A stretch of DNA of 53,714 nt from a virus (IMGVR_UViG_3300033182_000063:1-53714), one strand, 5' to 3'; numbered from the stretch's first letter, positions 1-9,694 are shown. The notes: generated from the letters alone by a model not told the origin. A program made the numbers and translations.

Positions 1-360
1 GACAAACTCGACGAGCTGAACAAAAAGAAAAAGTCGTCTCTGTTTACTTCATTGATACCCAAGAATGGCAAAAGCGTCGAACAAGAAGCGATGCAGTTAT
101 ACACAGCCCGAGTATCAGCAAGAGAACAGCGATCAGAGCTTATGCAGATGTTGGGAGCGCTTCAGGGGGAGCGTGGTCAACGAGAGTTTATGAAGCTAGA
201 GGCTGACATACGTAAACAGCGTAAACAAACAGCCCACGCGGAGCTTGAACGCATACAAAAATTAAAGGACATCGGTGCCGTATTACTCATAACAGTGTTG
301 GCTATTGGCACGCTCGGCCTTTTACTAGCGCTGATACTAGCGGTTAAGGAGACAAAATAA
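1..360 (+). CDS. Hypothetical protein with C-terminal transmembrane helix (5'-truncated)
   Basis: Frame is open from base 1 (DKLDELNKKKKSSLFTSLIPKNGK...); hydrophobic C-terminus; stop overlaps the next ATG. Confidence 0.75.
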   Translation, partial: DKLDELNKKKKSSLFTSLIPKNGKSVEQEAMQLYTARVSAREQRSELMQMLGALQGERGQREFMKLEADIRKQRKQTAHAELERIQKLKDIGAVLLITVLAIGTLGLLLALILAVKETK

Positions 361-635
361 TGGCAAAGAAAGTTAACAAAAAGGCGATGCCTTGTAACAA
401 ACCAAAGCGCACGCCGTCGCATCCTAAAAAGTCACATGTCGTGAAGGCATGCACTGGCGGCAAAGAGAAAGTTATTCGTTTCGGTGAGCAGGGCGCTAAG
501 ACCGCCGGTAAGCCAAAAAAGGGTGAGTCTGCAAAGATGAAAGCCAAACGTGCTTCGTTCAAGGCTCGGCATGGCAAGAACATCGCTAAGGGCAAAATGT
601 CTGCGGCGTATTGGGCAGATAAGGTGAAATGGTAA
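360..635 (+). CDS. Small highly basic phage protein
   Basis: 91 aa, Lys-rich; AGGAG RBS; TAATG coupling at both ends. Confidence 0.8.
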   Translation: MAKKVNKKAMPCNKPKRTPSHPKKSHVVKACTGGKEKVIRFGEQGAKTAGKPKKGESAKMKAKRASFKARHGKNIAKGKMSAAYWADKVKW

Positions 636-760
636 TGGCTAAGAAACCTGTACGTGGCGCACGCGCTGCCACATCAAAAGCGAAAGCAGCATTCAAACCA
701 TGCAAAGGGTGCCCAACACCTGCGAAGTGCAAGAAGGTTAAACGCTGCTTGGGGAAGTAA
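635..760 (+). CDS. 41-aa cationic Cys-rich peptide (not in ORF track)
   Basis: MAKKPVRGARAATSKAKAAFKPCKGCPTPAKCKKVKRCLGK; ATG overlaps the upstream TAA. Confidence 0.65.
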   Translation: MAKKPVRGARAATSKAKAAFKPCKGCPTPAKCKKVKRCLGK

Positions 761-829
761 TCCGTAAGGGCAAGGTGGACACTGCTAGTAACCACCAAGC
801 GACTCCCCCTACAGACTGAGGACAAGAAT

Positions 830-1036
830 ATGAGCGCAGACGCAATATTCCAATACAGGATTGTACCTAGAGGCATGATGCTCGTGATGACCTTTATGGC
901 ATGGCGTTGTGTCGAATGGTACATGCAGCTCCCTAACCCAAGCATCGAACAGTCAGGGTTCGTATCAGTCGTTATGGGAGCAATGACAGGCTCATTCGCT
1001 ATCTGGATGGGTAACGAGAACAAGGGGGTTAAGTAA
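830..1036 (+). CDS. Small two-TM membrane protein (lysis cassette)
   Basis: Two hydrophobic segments; GAGGA RBS; coupled to the holin start. Confidence 0.7.
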   Translation: MSADAIFQYRIVPRGMMLVMTFMAWRCVEWYMQLPNPSIEQSGFVSVVMGAMTGSFAIWMGNENKGVK

Positions 1037-1431
1037 TGCTACAGGCACTAATCGGACCAGTTACCGGACTACTGGACAAGTTCATCGAGGACAAAGACCA
1101 GAAGAACGCATTGGCTCATGAGATCGCCACAATGGCGGAGAAGCAAGCCCATGAAATCGCCCTCGCACAAATCGAAGTTAATAAGATCGAAGCCCAAAGC
1201 CCCTCACTCTTCAAGAGCGGTTGGAGACCGTTCCTCGGTTGGGTATGCGCTGCGGCTTTTGCTTATCATTTTCTTATGCAGCCTCTGGTTGTCTTCGGTC
1301 TGGCTTATGGTGGGTATGATCCTATCGACCTTCCAGAATTCGACATGGGCAGCATGATGACCGTCTTGATGGGCATGCTCGGCCTTGGCGGCTTGCGCAC
1401 CTACGAGAAGCAGAAGGGTTTAACTAATTGA
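1036..1431 (+). CDS. Holin, 3TM / gene-transfer-agent holin-like
   Basis: GWRPFLGWVC and MLGLGGLRTYEK motifs typical of the 3TM holin family; lies upstream of the endolysin. Confidence 0.85.
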   Translation: MLQALIGPVTGLLDKFIEDKDQKNALAHEIATMAEKQAHEIALAQIEVNKIEAQSPSLFKSGWRPFLGWVCAAAFAYHFLMQPLVVFGLAYGGYDPIDLPEFDMGSMMTVLMGMLGLGGLRTYEKQKGLTN

Positions 1432-1556
1432 ATCTAAACTTTGATTTCTTGTTTGGTGTGTTCTGCGGCATGGCACTGACAGTCTTTGGGCTTGTCGCGT
1501 TTGAACACTACGAGATGTGGCAAGAGCGTAAGCGCAGTAAGAAGGATAACTGGTAG
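1428..1556 (+). CDS. 42-aa single-TM protein (not in ORF track)
   Basis: TTG start overlaps the holin TGA and the stop overlaps the endolysin GTG; MNLNFDFLFGVFCGMALTVFGLVAFEHYEMWQERKRSKKDNW. Confidence 0.6.
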   Translation: MNLNFDFLFGVFCGMALTVFGLVAFEHYEMWQERKRSKKDNW

Positions 1557-2086
1557 TGGAACGCAATTTTGACGAATGCTTGAAGATGCTGCTGAAACAC
1601 GAAGGTGGTTTTGTTAACCACCCGAAAGACCCCGGCGGCATGACAAATCTCGGCGTAACTAAACGCGCACTGGAAGAGTACCTAGCTGAGCAAGAGGGCC
1701 GAGATATGGAAGTCTCCGAGGCGATTATGCGTATGCTCACGCCAACCATGGTCGCGCCTATCTACAGGACAAAGTACTGGAACCGTGTACGCGGGGACGA
1801 TTTACCTACCGGCGTCGACTGGGCGGTCTTTGACTGGGCGGTAAACAGCGGGGTTTCACGCAGCGCGAAGGCGCTACAGCACATCATCGGCGCGACGGAA
1901 GACGGGATAATTGGGCTACGTACGCTGCGCCAACTGGGTAAATTTCCTGAGAAAGATGTTATCCAGAGAATGCACGACGTACGCCAACGGTTCTATGAAA
2001 GTTTAGGTACGTTTGATACATTTGGAAAAGGTTGGACTAAGCGTAACCAAGAGACACTTGAACAAGCGCTAGAAATGGCGGAGTAG
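1556..2086 (+). CDS. Endolysin, glycoside hydrolase family 108 with peptidoglycan-binding domain
   Basis: HEGGFVNHPKDPGGMTNLGVT, FDWAVNSG, DGIIG and FGKGWTKR motifs. Confidence 0.92.
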   Translation: MERNFDECLKMLLKHEGGFVNHPKDPGGMTNLGVTKRALEEYLAEQEGRDMEVSEAIMRMLTPTMVAPIYRTKYWNRVRGDDLPTGVDWAVFDWAVNSGVSRSAKALQHIIGATEDGIIGLRTLRQLGKFPEKDVIQRMHDVRQRFYESLGTFDTFGKGWTKRNQETLEQALEMAE

Positions 2087-2089
2087 ACT

Positions 2090-4657
2090 ATGGCGGTTCT
2101 AAAAATATCAACGTTTGGCGGCATCGCACCGAAGGTTCCGCCGCGTTACTTACAGGACAACCAAGCTCAGGTTGCCGTGAACTGCCCCTTGTGGAACGGT
2201 AGCCTACAGCCGCTTAAAGACGCGGGTTCATCTGTCCACACGTTAACTAAAACAACGGTTCCTCAGACAATTTATCGCTTCGGTCAAGACACCACTGCGG
2301 ACGACCGTTACTGGTTTCACTGGCCTTTTGATGTTGATGTGTGTCGCAGCCAGATTTCTGGTGACGCCTCAGAGTGGACGTTCTTCACCGGCGACGGCGG
2401 TCCAAAGGCTACCTACAACAGTTTAGCTCTGGCGACCGGCGACTACCCGACAGTTTCGCGTCCGTTAGGTTTACCCCAACCGGATGAAGCGGCGACAGCG
2501 TTTGGCAATTCATTCACAGCCAGTGAACACCCCGCGGAAGTCACACTAAACAGCTCACACATTGACCAGTTAGATTCCGATTACGGGATTTTGATTAGCA
2601 CGACAGAGGACGATGCGGCTGAGTACACCACAGTGGCGCTTACTGACCCTATTAGCGCGTCTTCAGTGTCCCTCGCGATCAGTGCTGCGCTAAGCTCAGA
2701 TGTCACCACAACGCCTGAAAACGGTACGTTGAAGATTGAGTCTGTTGCCACAGGTGAAGATGCGAAGCTGTTCGTTAAGTTCCAGAATGGAACAGAGTCA
2801 GATTTAGACGGCACGTTCGTTTACGACGCCAACCCTAACTTATCTGCCACAGGTACGTCTGACACTGACGCTTGGTTAGTTATCCCTGATTCAGAGATCG
2901 GCTCTATTGCCTCTGGCGATACGATAAAAATCATCACTGAGACAAGCAATCCTGTGTTCTCAGAATCTGCCACTGGGTCAATGACGGCAAGTCAGTTGGC
3001 GACGTTCATCACAAGTAACGCGTCTAGCAAGGTCAGCGCTACAGCTTACGGTAGTAGCGTAGTTGTTAAGCCGGGAACTGAAGGCGGCGGTGCTGATGGA
3101 TTTATTCAGTTCAAGCGTCTGGTTGGCACCACAGAGGTAGCTAACCTTAAAGAGTCAGGCTCTGAGTCTGCGGCTCCTGCACGTATTATCGTCACACAGG
3201 GCAACGTGGATTCTGCGGAAGAGAAGTACATCGCGCTAACGGTTAACGGCGGTGAGACGAAGTTCATCTCAGTACCTGCGACAGCGTATGTGTCGAGCTT
3301 GAGTCTGCTCCAAGCCTATGGTGTTACAGTTAAGACCTATGGTGCGATTGAGCCTTTTGCTATTGTGAAGACTAACGCAGTCGGTACGTCTGCGACAATT
3401 TCCTATCGTGTCGGTGAATACCCAACTACACCGACCTACTCGCTACAGTCTGCTGAAGGCTACCTCGATGAAGACGAAACCACCGAGACCCGTGTCTACA
3501 CGTGGACTTGGGTAAATAAAGAGTCAGGTTTTGAGTTCGAGTCTGCACCCGCTCCTGCGTCTAACGAAGTGGAAGTCCGTGCCGGTCAGACTGTATCTAT
3601 CAGTGGTCTAGCTGATGTACCGACAGGCGAGTATGTGGTGACTAACCGTCGTATCTATCGTGCTGTGAACGGCGTTTACCTATTCGTCAAAGAGATTCCT
3701 GCGGCAAACACCACATTTACTGATGACGTGAAGCCTGAAGATTTAGCGGAAGAGCTACCTTCGATTACGTGGGCTGAGCCACCGCAAGACCTAAGCGGTC
3801 TGATCAATTTACCCAACGGTTTGATGGCAGGTTTTGTTGGTCGAGACGTTTACTTCTGTGACCCATACCACCCGCATGCTTGGCCTGAGCAATATGTTCA
3901 GTCGTTAGACTATCCGGTTGTCGGTTTAGGGCGCATGGATACAACGTTGGCGGTACTGACTAGTGGTACGCCGTATCTCATCCAAGGCTCTCACCCAGAC
4001 TCTATGGTCGTTGTGAAATCAGACCTTGAGCAAGCCTGTGTATCGAAACGCAGTATTGTTAGTCACGGTGGAGCGGTGTTCTACGCAGCCCCTGATGGTC
4101 TGATGATGTTGTCACCGGGCGGTTCACGCATCGTGACTGAGCAGTTGTTTAACTACGAGCAGTGGCAAGCGTTCTTCAAGCCTGAGTCGATCCATGCGTA
4201 TCAGCACGACAACCAGTACATCGCGTTCTACGACAACGGTACGACACAGGGCGGCTTTATCTACGACATGCGTACCCAACAGATCGTTACCCACGATGTT
4301 TACGCAGAAGCCGGTTACCATGACCTACAACGAGACAAGTTGTTCTTAGCTTACTCCAACCGAGACATTCGTGTGTGGAACGCGGGAAGTACAAAGACCT
4401 ACCGTTGGCGGTCAAAGAAATACACGTTACCAAAGCCAATGAGCTTCGCATGGGGCCAGCTTGAAGCTGAGAACTACCCGATGGATGTCGACCTAATCGC
4501 CGATGGGACAGTAATCCATTCGCAGACGGTTACGTCGAGAAACCCTTTCCGATTACCTTCTAAAGTTGGTCGTGACTGGGAGATGGAAGTTAACGGTGAC
4601 TACGAAGTGTTCTCACTATCGGTAGCGCACTCCTCTGCGGAGCTGAGAGATGGCTAA
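2090..4657 (+). CDS. Tail nozzle / tail tubular protein B-like virion protein
   Basis: N-terminal FGGIAPKVPPRYL, beta-propeller-like C-terminal half (PHAWPEQY, QACVSKRSIV, FYAAPDGL, YRWRSK); position in the tail module. Confidence 0.65.
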   Translation: MAVLKISTFGGIAPKVPPRYLQDNQAQVAVNCPLWNGSLQPLKDAGSSVHTLTKTTVPQTIYRFGQDTTADDRYWFHWPFDVDVCRSQISGDASEWTFFTGDGGPKATYNSLALATGDYPTVSRPLGLPQPDEAATAFGNSFTASEHPAEVTLNSSHIDQLDSDYGILISTTEDDAAEYTTVALTDPISASSVSLAISAALSSDVTTTPENGTLKIESVATGEDAKLFVKFQNGTESDLDGTFVYDANPNLSATGTSDTDAWLVIPDSEIGSIASGDTIKIITETSNPVFSESATGSMTASQLATFITSNASSKVSATAYGSSVVVKPGTEGGGADGFIQFKRLVGTTEVANLKESGSESAAPARIIVTQGNVDSAEEKYIALTVNGGETKFISVPATAYVSSLSLLQAYGVTVKTYGAIEPFAIVKTNAVGTSATISYRVGEYPTTPTYSLQSAEGYLDEDETTETRVYTWTWVNKESGFEFESAPAPASNEVEVRAGQTVSISGLADVPTGEYVVTNRRIYRAVNGVYLFVKEIPAANTTFTDDVKPEDLAEELPSITWAEPPQDLSGLINLPNGLMAGFVGRDVYFCDPYHPHAWPEQYVQSLDYPVVGLGRMDTTLAVLTSGTPYLIQGSHPDSMVVVKSDLEQACVSKRSIVSHGGAVFYAAPDGLMMLSPGGSRIVTEQLFNYEQWQAFFKPESIHAYQHDNQYIAFYDNGTTQGGFIYDMRTQQIVTHDVYAEAGYHDLQRDKLFLAYSNRDIRVWNAGSTKTYRWRSKKYTLPKPMSFAWGQLEAENYPMDVDLIADGTVIHSQTVTSRNPFRLPSKVGRDWEMEVNGDYEVFSLSVAHSSAELRDG

Positions 4658-7538
4658 ACTTCCTTCGGTTTCGAGTAACATACCTCGAGACCTACGCACA
4701 TTTGTAGATCGAGTACGTGAAGCGTTAGACAGTAAAAGCCCAGATGCGGCAGTTACTGCACGCCAACTCGTTGCCGCAGGTATAGCATCTTACACAGGTA
4801 ACATACTGGGTCCGGCGACTGCCGAAGAAACTCAGGTAACACCATCGCGCCCTAAGAACGTTACTGCCAGTGGCGCACTGGCTAACATTATGGTGACGTG
4901 GGACAAGCCAGTTTATGCGAACCATGCGTTTGCTGAGATATGGGCAGCCTCACGTACTGCCGAGCAAGAAGCCGCCAACCCATCTGAAGACCCTACTATC
5001 GGGCAAGCCGAGCTTGTCGGCATGTCGCCGGGTACGTTCTTCGCGCACAACATAGGCGCAGGTGGCAGCCGTTGGTATTGGGTTCGTTTTGTTAATTTTG
5101 CCGGAACGGTTGGTCCTTACCAGTCTACCGAAGGTGTTGCAGGTTCTACCGGTCAAGACCCGACGTACTTACTTGAGCTGCTTAACGGCGAGATTACTGA
5201 CAGCGAACTAGCATCGTCGTTGAGTGACCGTATTGACCTGATCGACGGCGCGTCTACTGTTTCGGGTTCCGTTAACGCTCGTATTGCTTCTGTTCAGGAA
5301 CAGCTCAACGAGTTCTTGAATATCCCATCGTGGGACGATGCAACTACATATGCTACCGACGACCAAGTAGTTCACGAAGGCTCTCTATATCTAGCACTTG
5401 CTGCTAGTACCAACGTAGAGCCGGGAACCGACGCTACTAAATGGGAAAATATCGGTGACTACGCGTCTATCGGTGACGCGGTAGCTGCGCACACAACCCG
5501 TCTTGATAACCTCGACGACGATGTAGGCGCAAACGCTGCAAGTATCAGCACGTTGGCAACGCAGGTTAGGGGTGACTACACAGGGAACGACTTATCTCTA
5601 ATCACGCAAGGTTTTTTGTATGACGAGCGTACTGCTCGTGCCGACGCAGACTCTGCCTTGGCGTCTGACATATCAACAGTCACCGCGTTAGCTAACTCGA
5701 AGAACCGTACGTTTTATCAGTCGACTGAACCAACAGGTACCGAAGCGCTTCCACTTGAAATTGGTGATATGTGGGTCGACACCGACCAAGAGCTTGCAGA
5801 TGACTACCTCGACGGTGATTACGTTATCCGCTCAAACCGTATCTATCGTTACGATGGTTCAGATTGGGTGGAGGCAATGGACTACGGCTTCGCTGACTTC
5901 TTCTCGGCGTTACGCACAGAAAAAACCGCTCGCGTAGACGAAGACGAGGCTCTGGCGACGTCGATTACTAATCTGACAACGGCTACTAACAATAGTCTTT
6001 CTACGATCAACCAAACTCTGACAACGCATACAACGGACATAAGTTCTAACGCCAGTTCAATAACAACTTTGCAAACAACGGTTGGAAACAACACGGCAGC
6101 GATCCAAACGGAAGCTACGACACGCGCAGACGAAACTGGCGACTTGTTCGCTCAATACACGGTTAAGGTAGATACAAACGGGTATGTATCTGGTTTTGGG
6201 TTGGCGAGCACTGCGATAAATGGTACTCCATACAGCGAGTTTATTGTTAACGCCGACTCATTTGCTATTGGTAGACCGGGTAGCACCGAAGAATATCCGT
6301 TTATCGTCCGTACAACTGAGACAACAATTAACGGCGAGACTATTCCTGTTGGCGTTTACATGAAAGACGCCTTCATTCAGAACGGTACGATAACTAACGC
6401 CAAGATTGGTGATGCAGCGATTGATAACGCAAAAATTGCAAGCCTAGATGCAGGTAAGATAACAACAGGCTATCTGGATACTGATCGCATTGAAGCAGGT
6501 TCTATTACAGCAGACCTTATCAACACCGACGGCTTAACGATAAAAGACGCTGACGGTAACGTAATCCTTACCTCTGGAAGTGCCTTAACCGTACCTACTA
6601 GCGCAGACTTCACTGGTGCAGAAGAGCTGTACAACGGGTCGCACAAGTTTGTAGGCATCAATGGACGCCCTGCGGGTTTGAAGACCATGGCGTATGACAC
6701 AAGCACCGAACAGGAAGACGGAGCCTACGCTAGTGTTACGTATATTGACGTAGAAAAAGGAACTATTCGGTTCCAGAAAAACTCTACCAACACGACCAAT
6801 TCTGCTAAGTACTTACTGTACCCTGCCTTTAAAGTTAACCCTGACACTACTTACGAATTTACGTTTAGGTATAAGACTACAGGCGCTACTACCCTTTCTC
6901 CCTACTCTATAGGTGTTTACAGTACTACCAACGACCTAGAGGAAGGTAACACCGTTATCGGTATCGTAGGCTCAAATTATGTTTCAGAAGACGGTGTACA
7001 TGATTTCACCCATTCTTCTTATTTTCAGTCAAACGTAACCACTAATACAGGTTGGGTTACTGAGACACATACTTGGACACCAAACGCGGGTACAAAATGG
7101 GCTAGCTTTGCGTTCAGGGGAGTGATGCGCAACCTTGTCTTTGAAATAGATTTTGTCAGCGCAGTAAGCAAAGCCACCGTTGGCGCAACCTTTGGCGTAG
7201 ATATTAGCGGTCAGATTACCTCCGAAAATGTCTCTACTTACATCGCTGACGTAGCGATTGGCACCGCACAAATTGCAGACGGCACAATCACAAACGCGAA
7301 AATCGGAGACACAATTCAGTCAGAAGACTTTGTGTCGGGTTCAAAAGGTTGGCGATTTACTAAAGGCGATGGCACAGCGACAGGACCGGCTACACTAGAG
7401 ATGAACGGTGACTCTGTGTTCCGTGGCGACCTTGATATTAAATCTGCTGAAGATGGTGAGCGTATGGAGATGAACAACGAGACCATCAAGGTGTACGACG
7501 ACCAAGGAGTTCTCAGGGTAAAAATAGGTAAGCTCTAA
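4650..7538 (+). CDS. Tail tip / host-specificity fibre protein (DUF1983-like)
   Basis: FN3-like N-terminus, coiled-coil stretch, QYTVKVDTNGYVSGFGL..FIVNADSFAI and FIQNGTITNAKI motifs, C-terminal VYDDQGVLRVKIGKL. Confidence 0.8.
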   Translation: MAKLPSVSSNIPRDLRTFVDRVREALDSKSPDAAVTARQLVAAGIASYTGNILGPATAEETQVTPSRPKNVTASGALANIMVTWDKPVYANHAFAEIWAASRTAEQEAANPSEDPTIGQAELVGMSPGTFFAHNIGAGGSRWYWVRFVNFAGTVGPYQSTEGVAGSTGQDPTYLLELLNGEITDSELASSLSDRIDLIDGASTVSGSVNARIASVQEQLNEFLNIPSWDDATTYATDDQVVHEGSLYLALAASTNVEPGTDATKWENIGDYASIGDAVAAHTTRLDNLDDDVGANAASISTLATQVRGDYTGNDLSLITQGFLYDERTARADADSALASDISTVTALANSKNRTFYQSTEPTGTEALPLEIGDMWVDTDQELADDYLDGDYVIRSNRIYRYDGSDWVEAMDYGFADFFSALRTEKTARVDEDEALATSITNLTTATNNSLSTINQTLTTHTTDISSNASSITTLQTTVGNNTAAIQTEATTRADETGDLFAQYTVKVDTNGYVSGFGLASTAINGTPYSEFIVNADSFAIGRPGSTEEYPFIVRTTETTINGETIPVGVYMKDAFIQNGTITNAKIGDAAIDNAKIASLDAGKITTGYLDTDRIEAGSITADLINTDGLTIKDADGNVILTSGSALTVPTSADFTGAEELYNGSHKFVGINGRPAGLKTMAYDTSTEQEDGAYASVTYIDVEKGTIRFQKNSTNTTNSAKYLLYPAFKVNPDTTYEFTFRYKTTGATTLSPYSIGVYSTTNDLEEGNTVIGIVGSNYVSEDGVHDFTHSSYFQSNVTTNTGWVTETHTWTPNAGTKWASFAFRGVMRNLVFEIDFVSAVSKATVGATFGVDISGQITSENVSTYIADVAIGTAQIADGTITNAKIGDTIQSEDFVSGSKGWRFTKGDGTATGPATLEMNGDSVFRGDLDIKSAEDGERMEMNNETIKVYDDQGVLRVKIGKL

Positions 7539-7822
7539 TGTCTCACGGACTAGAAGTATATGACAGCGATGGCGAATTGACGTATTCTACAAATGACGTC
7601 ACATGGAACCAAGTAGATGCGTTCTATGTCGCAGCCGGTGACACGGTGTCAAAAACGTACCCTGTTATCAACAACAGGCAGGTTTTGCTCACACAGGTGT
7701 TAATTGATCCTCCTGATGTGGAAACCGCTTATTACGCAGCAACATTAGCGAGAAGTGGCACCACCGTAACTGTATCTGGATCAAACCACGAAAAAGTTTA
7801 TGTAATGGTGCTTTACAGATGA
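7538..7822 (+). CDS. Small tail-tip accessory protein
   Basis: N-terminal HGLEVYDSDG motif typical of genes following tail-tip proteins; coupled start and stop. Confidence 0.65.
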   Translation: MSHGLEVYDSDGELTYSTNDVTWNQVDAFYVAAGDTVSKTYPVINNRQVLLTQVLIDPPDVETAYYAATLARSGTTVTVSGSNHEKVYVMVLYR

Positions 7823-8799
7823 CTACAGGCTTTGTCGCATATAACGACGATGATGAGATTCTGGTTTCAAGCGAGACTCGTAATCTCCACCTAATCGCTC
7901 GCATGACAAACGGTACGATTAGCAACTCCGGTACTGCCTACGGTGGTTTCAAAGAGATTACTTACACGATTACGCTTTCTACCGGCGTAATACCCGTACC
8001 GTTTTTTACCATCCCAGATGGGTTCGTATCTATCGCCGGTATTAAAAACACTGGGTCTTTCTCAAGCGGCGACAGGTGGGAAATTAAACTTATCCAAAGT
8101 GGCACAAGCGGGGATGTTCCGACGGTGTATGTATTTGCCGACCCCAGAGCAGTCACCTCCAGTGAGACTCACGGCATCCAAGTATTCATGGACGATGGGA
8201 CAACGGCGTTCGATAGTAGAAAAAGTCCGTTAGCTGTAACAGGCGGTATCGACGTACAACACCCGTCTAACCCAAGCACGGGAGCGATAAGCCTTAGCGA
8301 TTGGCAGTGCAGTAGCGGCTCTGGGCATGGTCAGTTCACGCCTAACAACTATACTGACTACACTGTGGATAAGCCCCTGATACCTATGTTCCACTTCTCT
8401 TCCTTGGCACAAGCCGAGCGGCAAGCGTCTTTCTCCGGTTATGACGAAGACTGTACAGGTTTTAGTATTTACGGTGTGTGTTTAGGATACGCACAAACCG
8501 ATGCTTGGACTTCGACGTACTGGGCGTTTTATCGTGCCGGTATAGGTATAACCGACCAAGGTATTCGAGCAGGTTGGATATGCGTCCTTGGTGGGTGCTA
8601 TTGGAACAGTTGGTCTGACTCAGGCTTTTTCGGCATAGATGAGCTATTCGGCAGTGATAGTTCAAACTCAGGCGGTTTTCAGCCGTACTCTAACCAAACA
8701 ATCAATACGCAACCGCAAGCGTTAATCATTGCAGACGCGCAGCGTTATGGAGAACCGCAGGTAGGTTCCCCAGAAGACCTTGGCGTAACATATCAGTGA
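7819..8799 (+). CDS. Tail-tip accessory protein with Cys/Trp/Gly-rich C-terminal extension
   Basis: Repeated G(F/I)xxxxDDG...FDS motif; ATGA overlap. Confidence 0.65.
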   Translation: MTTGFVAYNDDDEILVSSETRNLHLIARMTNGTISNSGTAYGGFKEITYTITLSTGVIPVPFFTIPDGFVSIAGIKNTGSFSSGDRWEIKLIQSGTSGDVPTVYVFADPRAVTSSETHGIQVFMDDGTTAFDSRKSPLAVTGGIDVQHPSNPSTGAISLSDWQCSSGSGHGQFTPNNYTDYTVDKPLIPMFHFSSLAQAERQASFSGYDEDCTGFSIYGVCLGYAQTDAWTSTYWAFYRAGIGITDQGIRAGWICVLGGCYWNSWSDSGFFGIDELFGSDSSNSGGFQPYSNQTINTQPQALIIADAQRYGEPQVGSPEDLGVTYQ

Positions 8800-8805
8800 G
8801 GACAT

Positions 8806-9015
8806 ATGCCAGAAGTTATTAAGCCGTTTACTATCGTCAGCATCGTTGAGGAACCCAACGGGAACCAAGGCGTAACTGTGAAAGCGTTTAAAACTGAATA
8901 CACCTCAGAGACTGCAACGCGAACGGGTGAGATCACGACATTTGTTTCTGTTCCTCCAGACGAAGACGTCGATATGTTCGTGTTTAACTTTTTAGATGAA
9001 GGTGGTTGGGTATGA
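8806..9015 (+). CDS. Hypothetical protein
   Basis: GAGGA RBS; in operon. Confidence 0.7.
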   Translation: MPEVIKPFTIVSIVEEPNGNQGVTVKAFKTEYTSETATRTGEITTFVSVPPDEDVDMFVFNFLDEGGWV

Positions 9016-9644
9016 CACAGTACACAAACACTGAGAAATACTATTCTGGCGACAACGTAAGAACTGCTTACGAGCGTGACTCAGCAGAAGCCATCGACAT
9101 GTTTGCTACGCTCAAAGAAGAGTTCCCATGGGTTCGAGTGGAAGAAGCCTTTGCTGTTTCTTCTCCGGTGTACCACGAAGTCCTCGAAGAACCGGTTGTT
9201 TCTTTCTCGTTGAGCAACGCTGCGCTTAAGCGCCTTGTCGGAGCGGAGTACACGTTAGCGGTTCGTAAGTTCTGTATGGACTCGAAAACCTCGTGGATGA
9301 AGGTATATCCCCTGTGGGAAGACGACGATCCATACCCAGATTTTATGCCGGAAGGCTGCAATATCTTGTTCAAGGGTATTGGCATGGTGGAGTTTGGGAG
9401 ACCGGCTCCAAGCGGACTAGACGATTTTTACGACATTTTCTTTATTGGAGACCCTGCCACTGTGGAGGCTCATTTCAACCTGCCGGAGCGTCGCGGTGCG
9501 TATGATACGTATTACGGTATTACCGTACACAACGGGGAAGTAGCCCGTGTGAAGCAGTACGTATACGACGAAGCCTCGATTTTCCCGGATTGGGATTTGG
9601 TCTACATGGCGCAGAAACGCCGGAAAGCCGCAGGGACTCTTTGA
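9012..9644 (+). CDS. Hypothetical protein
   Basis: ATG 9012 overlaps the upstream TGA and is preferred over TTG 9006. Confidence 0.7.
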   Translation: MTQYTNTEKYYSGDNVRTAYERDSAEAIDMFATLKEEFPWVRVEEAFAVSSPVYHEVLEEPVVSFSLSNAALKRLVGAEYTLAVRKFCMDSKTSWMKVYPLWEDDDPYPDFMPEGCNILFKGIGMVEFGRPAPSGLDDFYDIFFIGDPATVEAHFNLPERRGAYDTYYGITVHNGEVARVKQYVYDEASIFPDWDLVYMAQKRRKAAGTL

Positions 9645-9694
9645 ATAAAATTAAGGGCTATGCTATCAAGAACCTATATGTTAACGTGTAAACA
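9641..9694 (+). promoter_or_regulatory. Putative sigma70 promoter plus tandem octamer box
   Basis: TTGAAT-N17-TATCAA, then TGTTAACG TGTAAACA (9679-9694) abutting the GGAG RBS. Confidence 0.55.

Noticed and set aside
586-1023. 145-aa - strand ORF, and the many other antisense ORFs in the track (e.g. 24068-24631, 17948-18448, 47905-48402)
   Set aside because: Shadows of well-supported, translationally coupled genes on the opposite strand
1118-1357. Nested out-of-frame ORF in the holin as an o-spanin
   Set aside because: No N-terminal signal peptide or lipobox, and no RBS
4650-8799. Diversity-generating retroelement or invertible tail cassette
   Set aside because: No reverse transcriptase or invertase, and no TR/VR pair noticed
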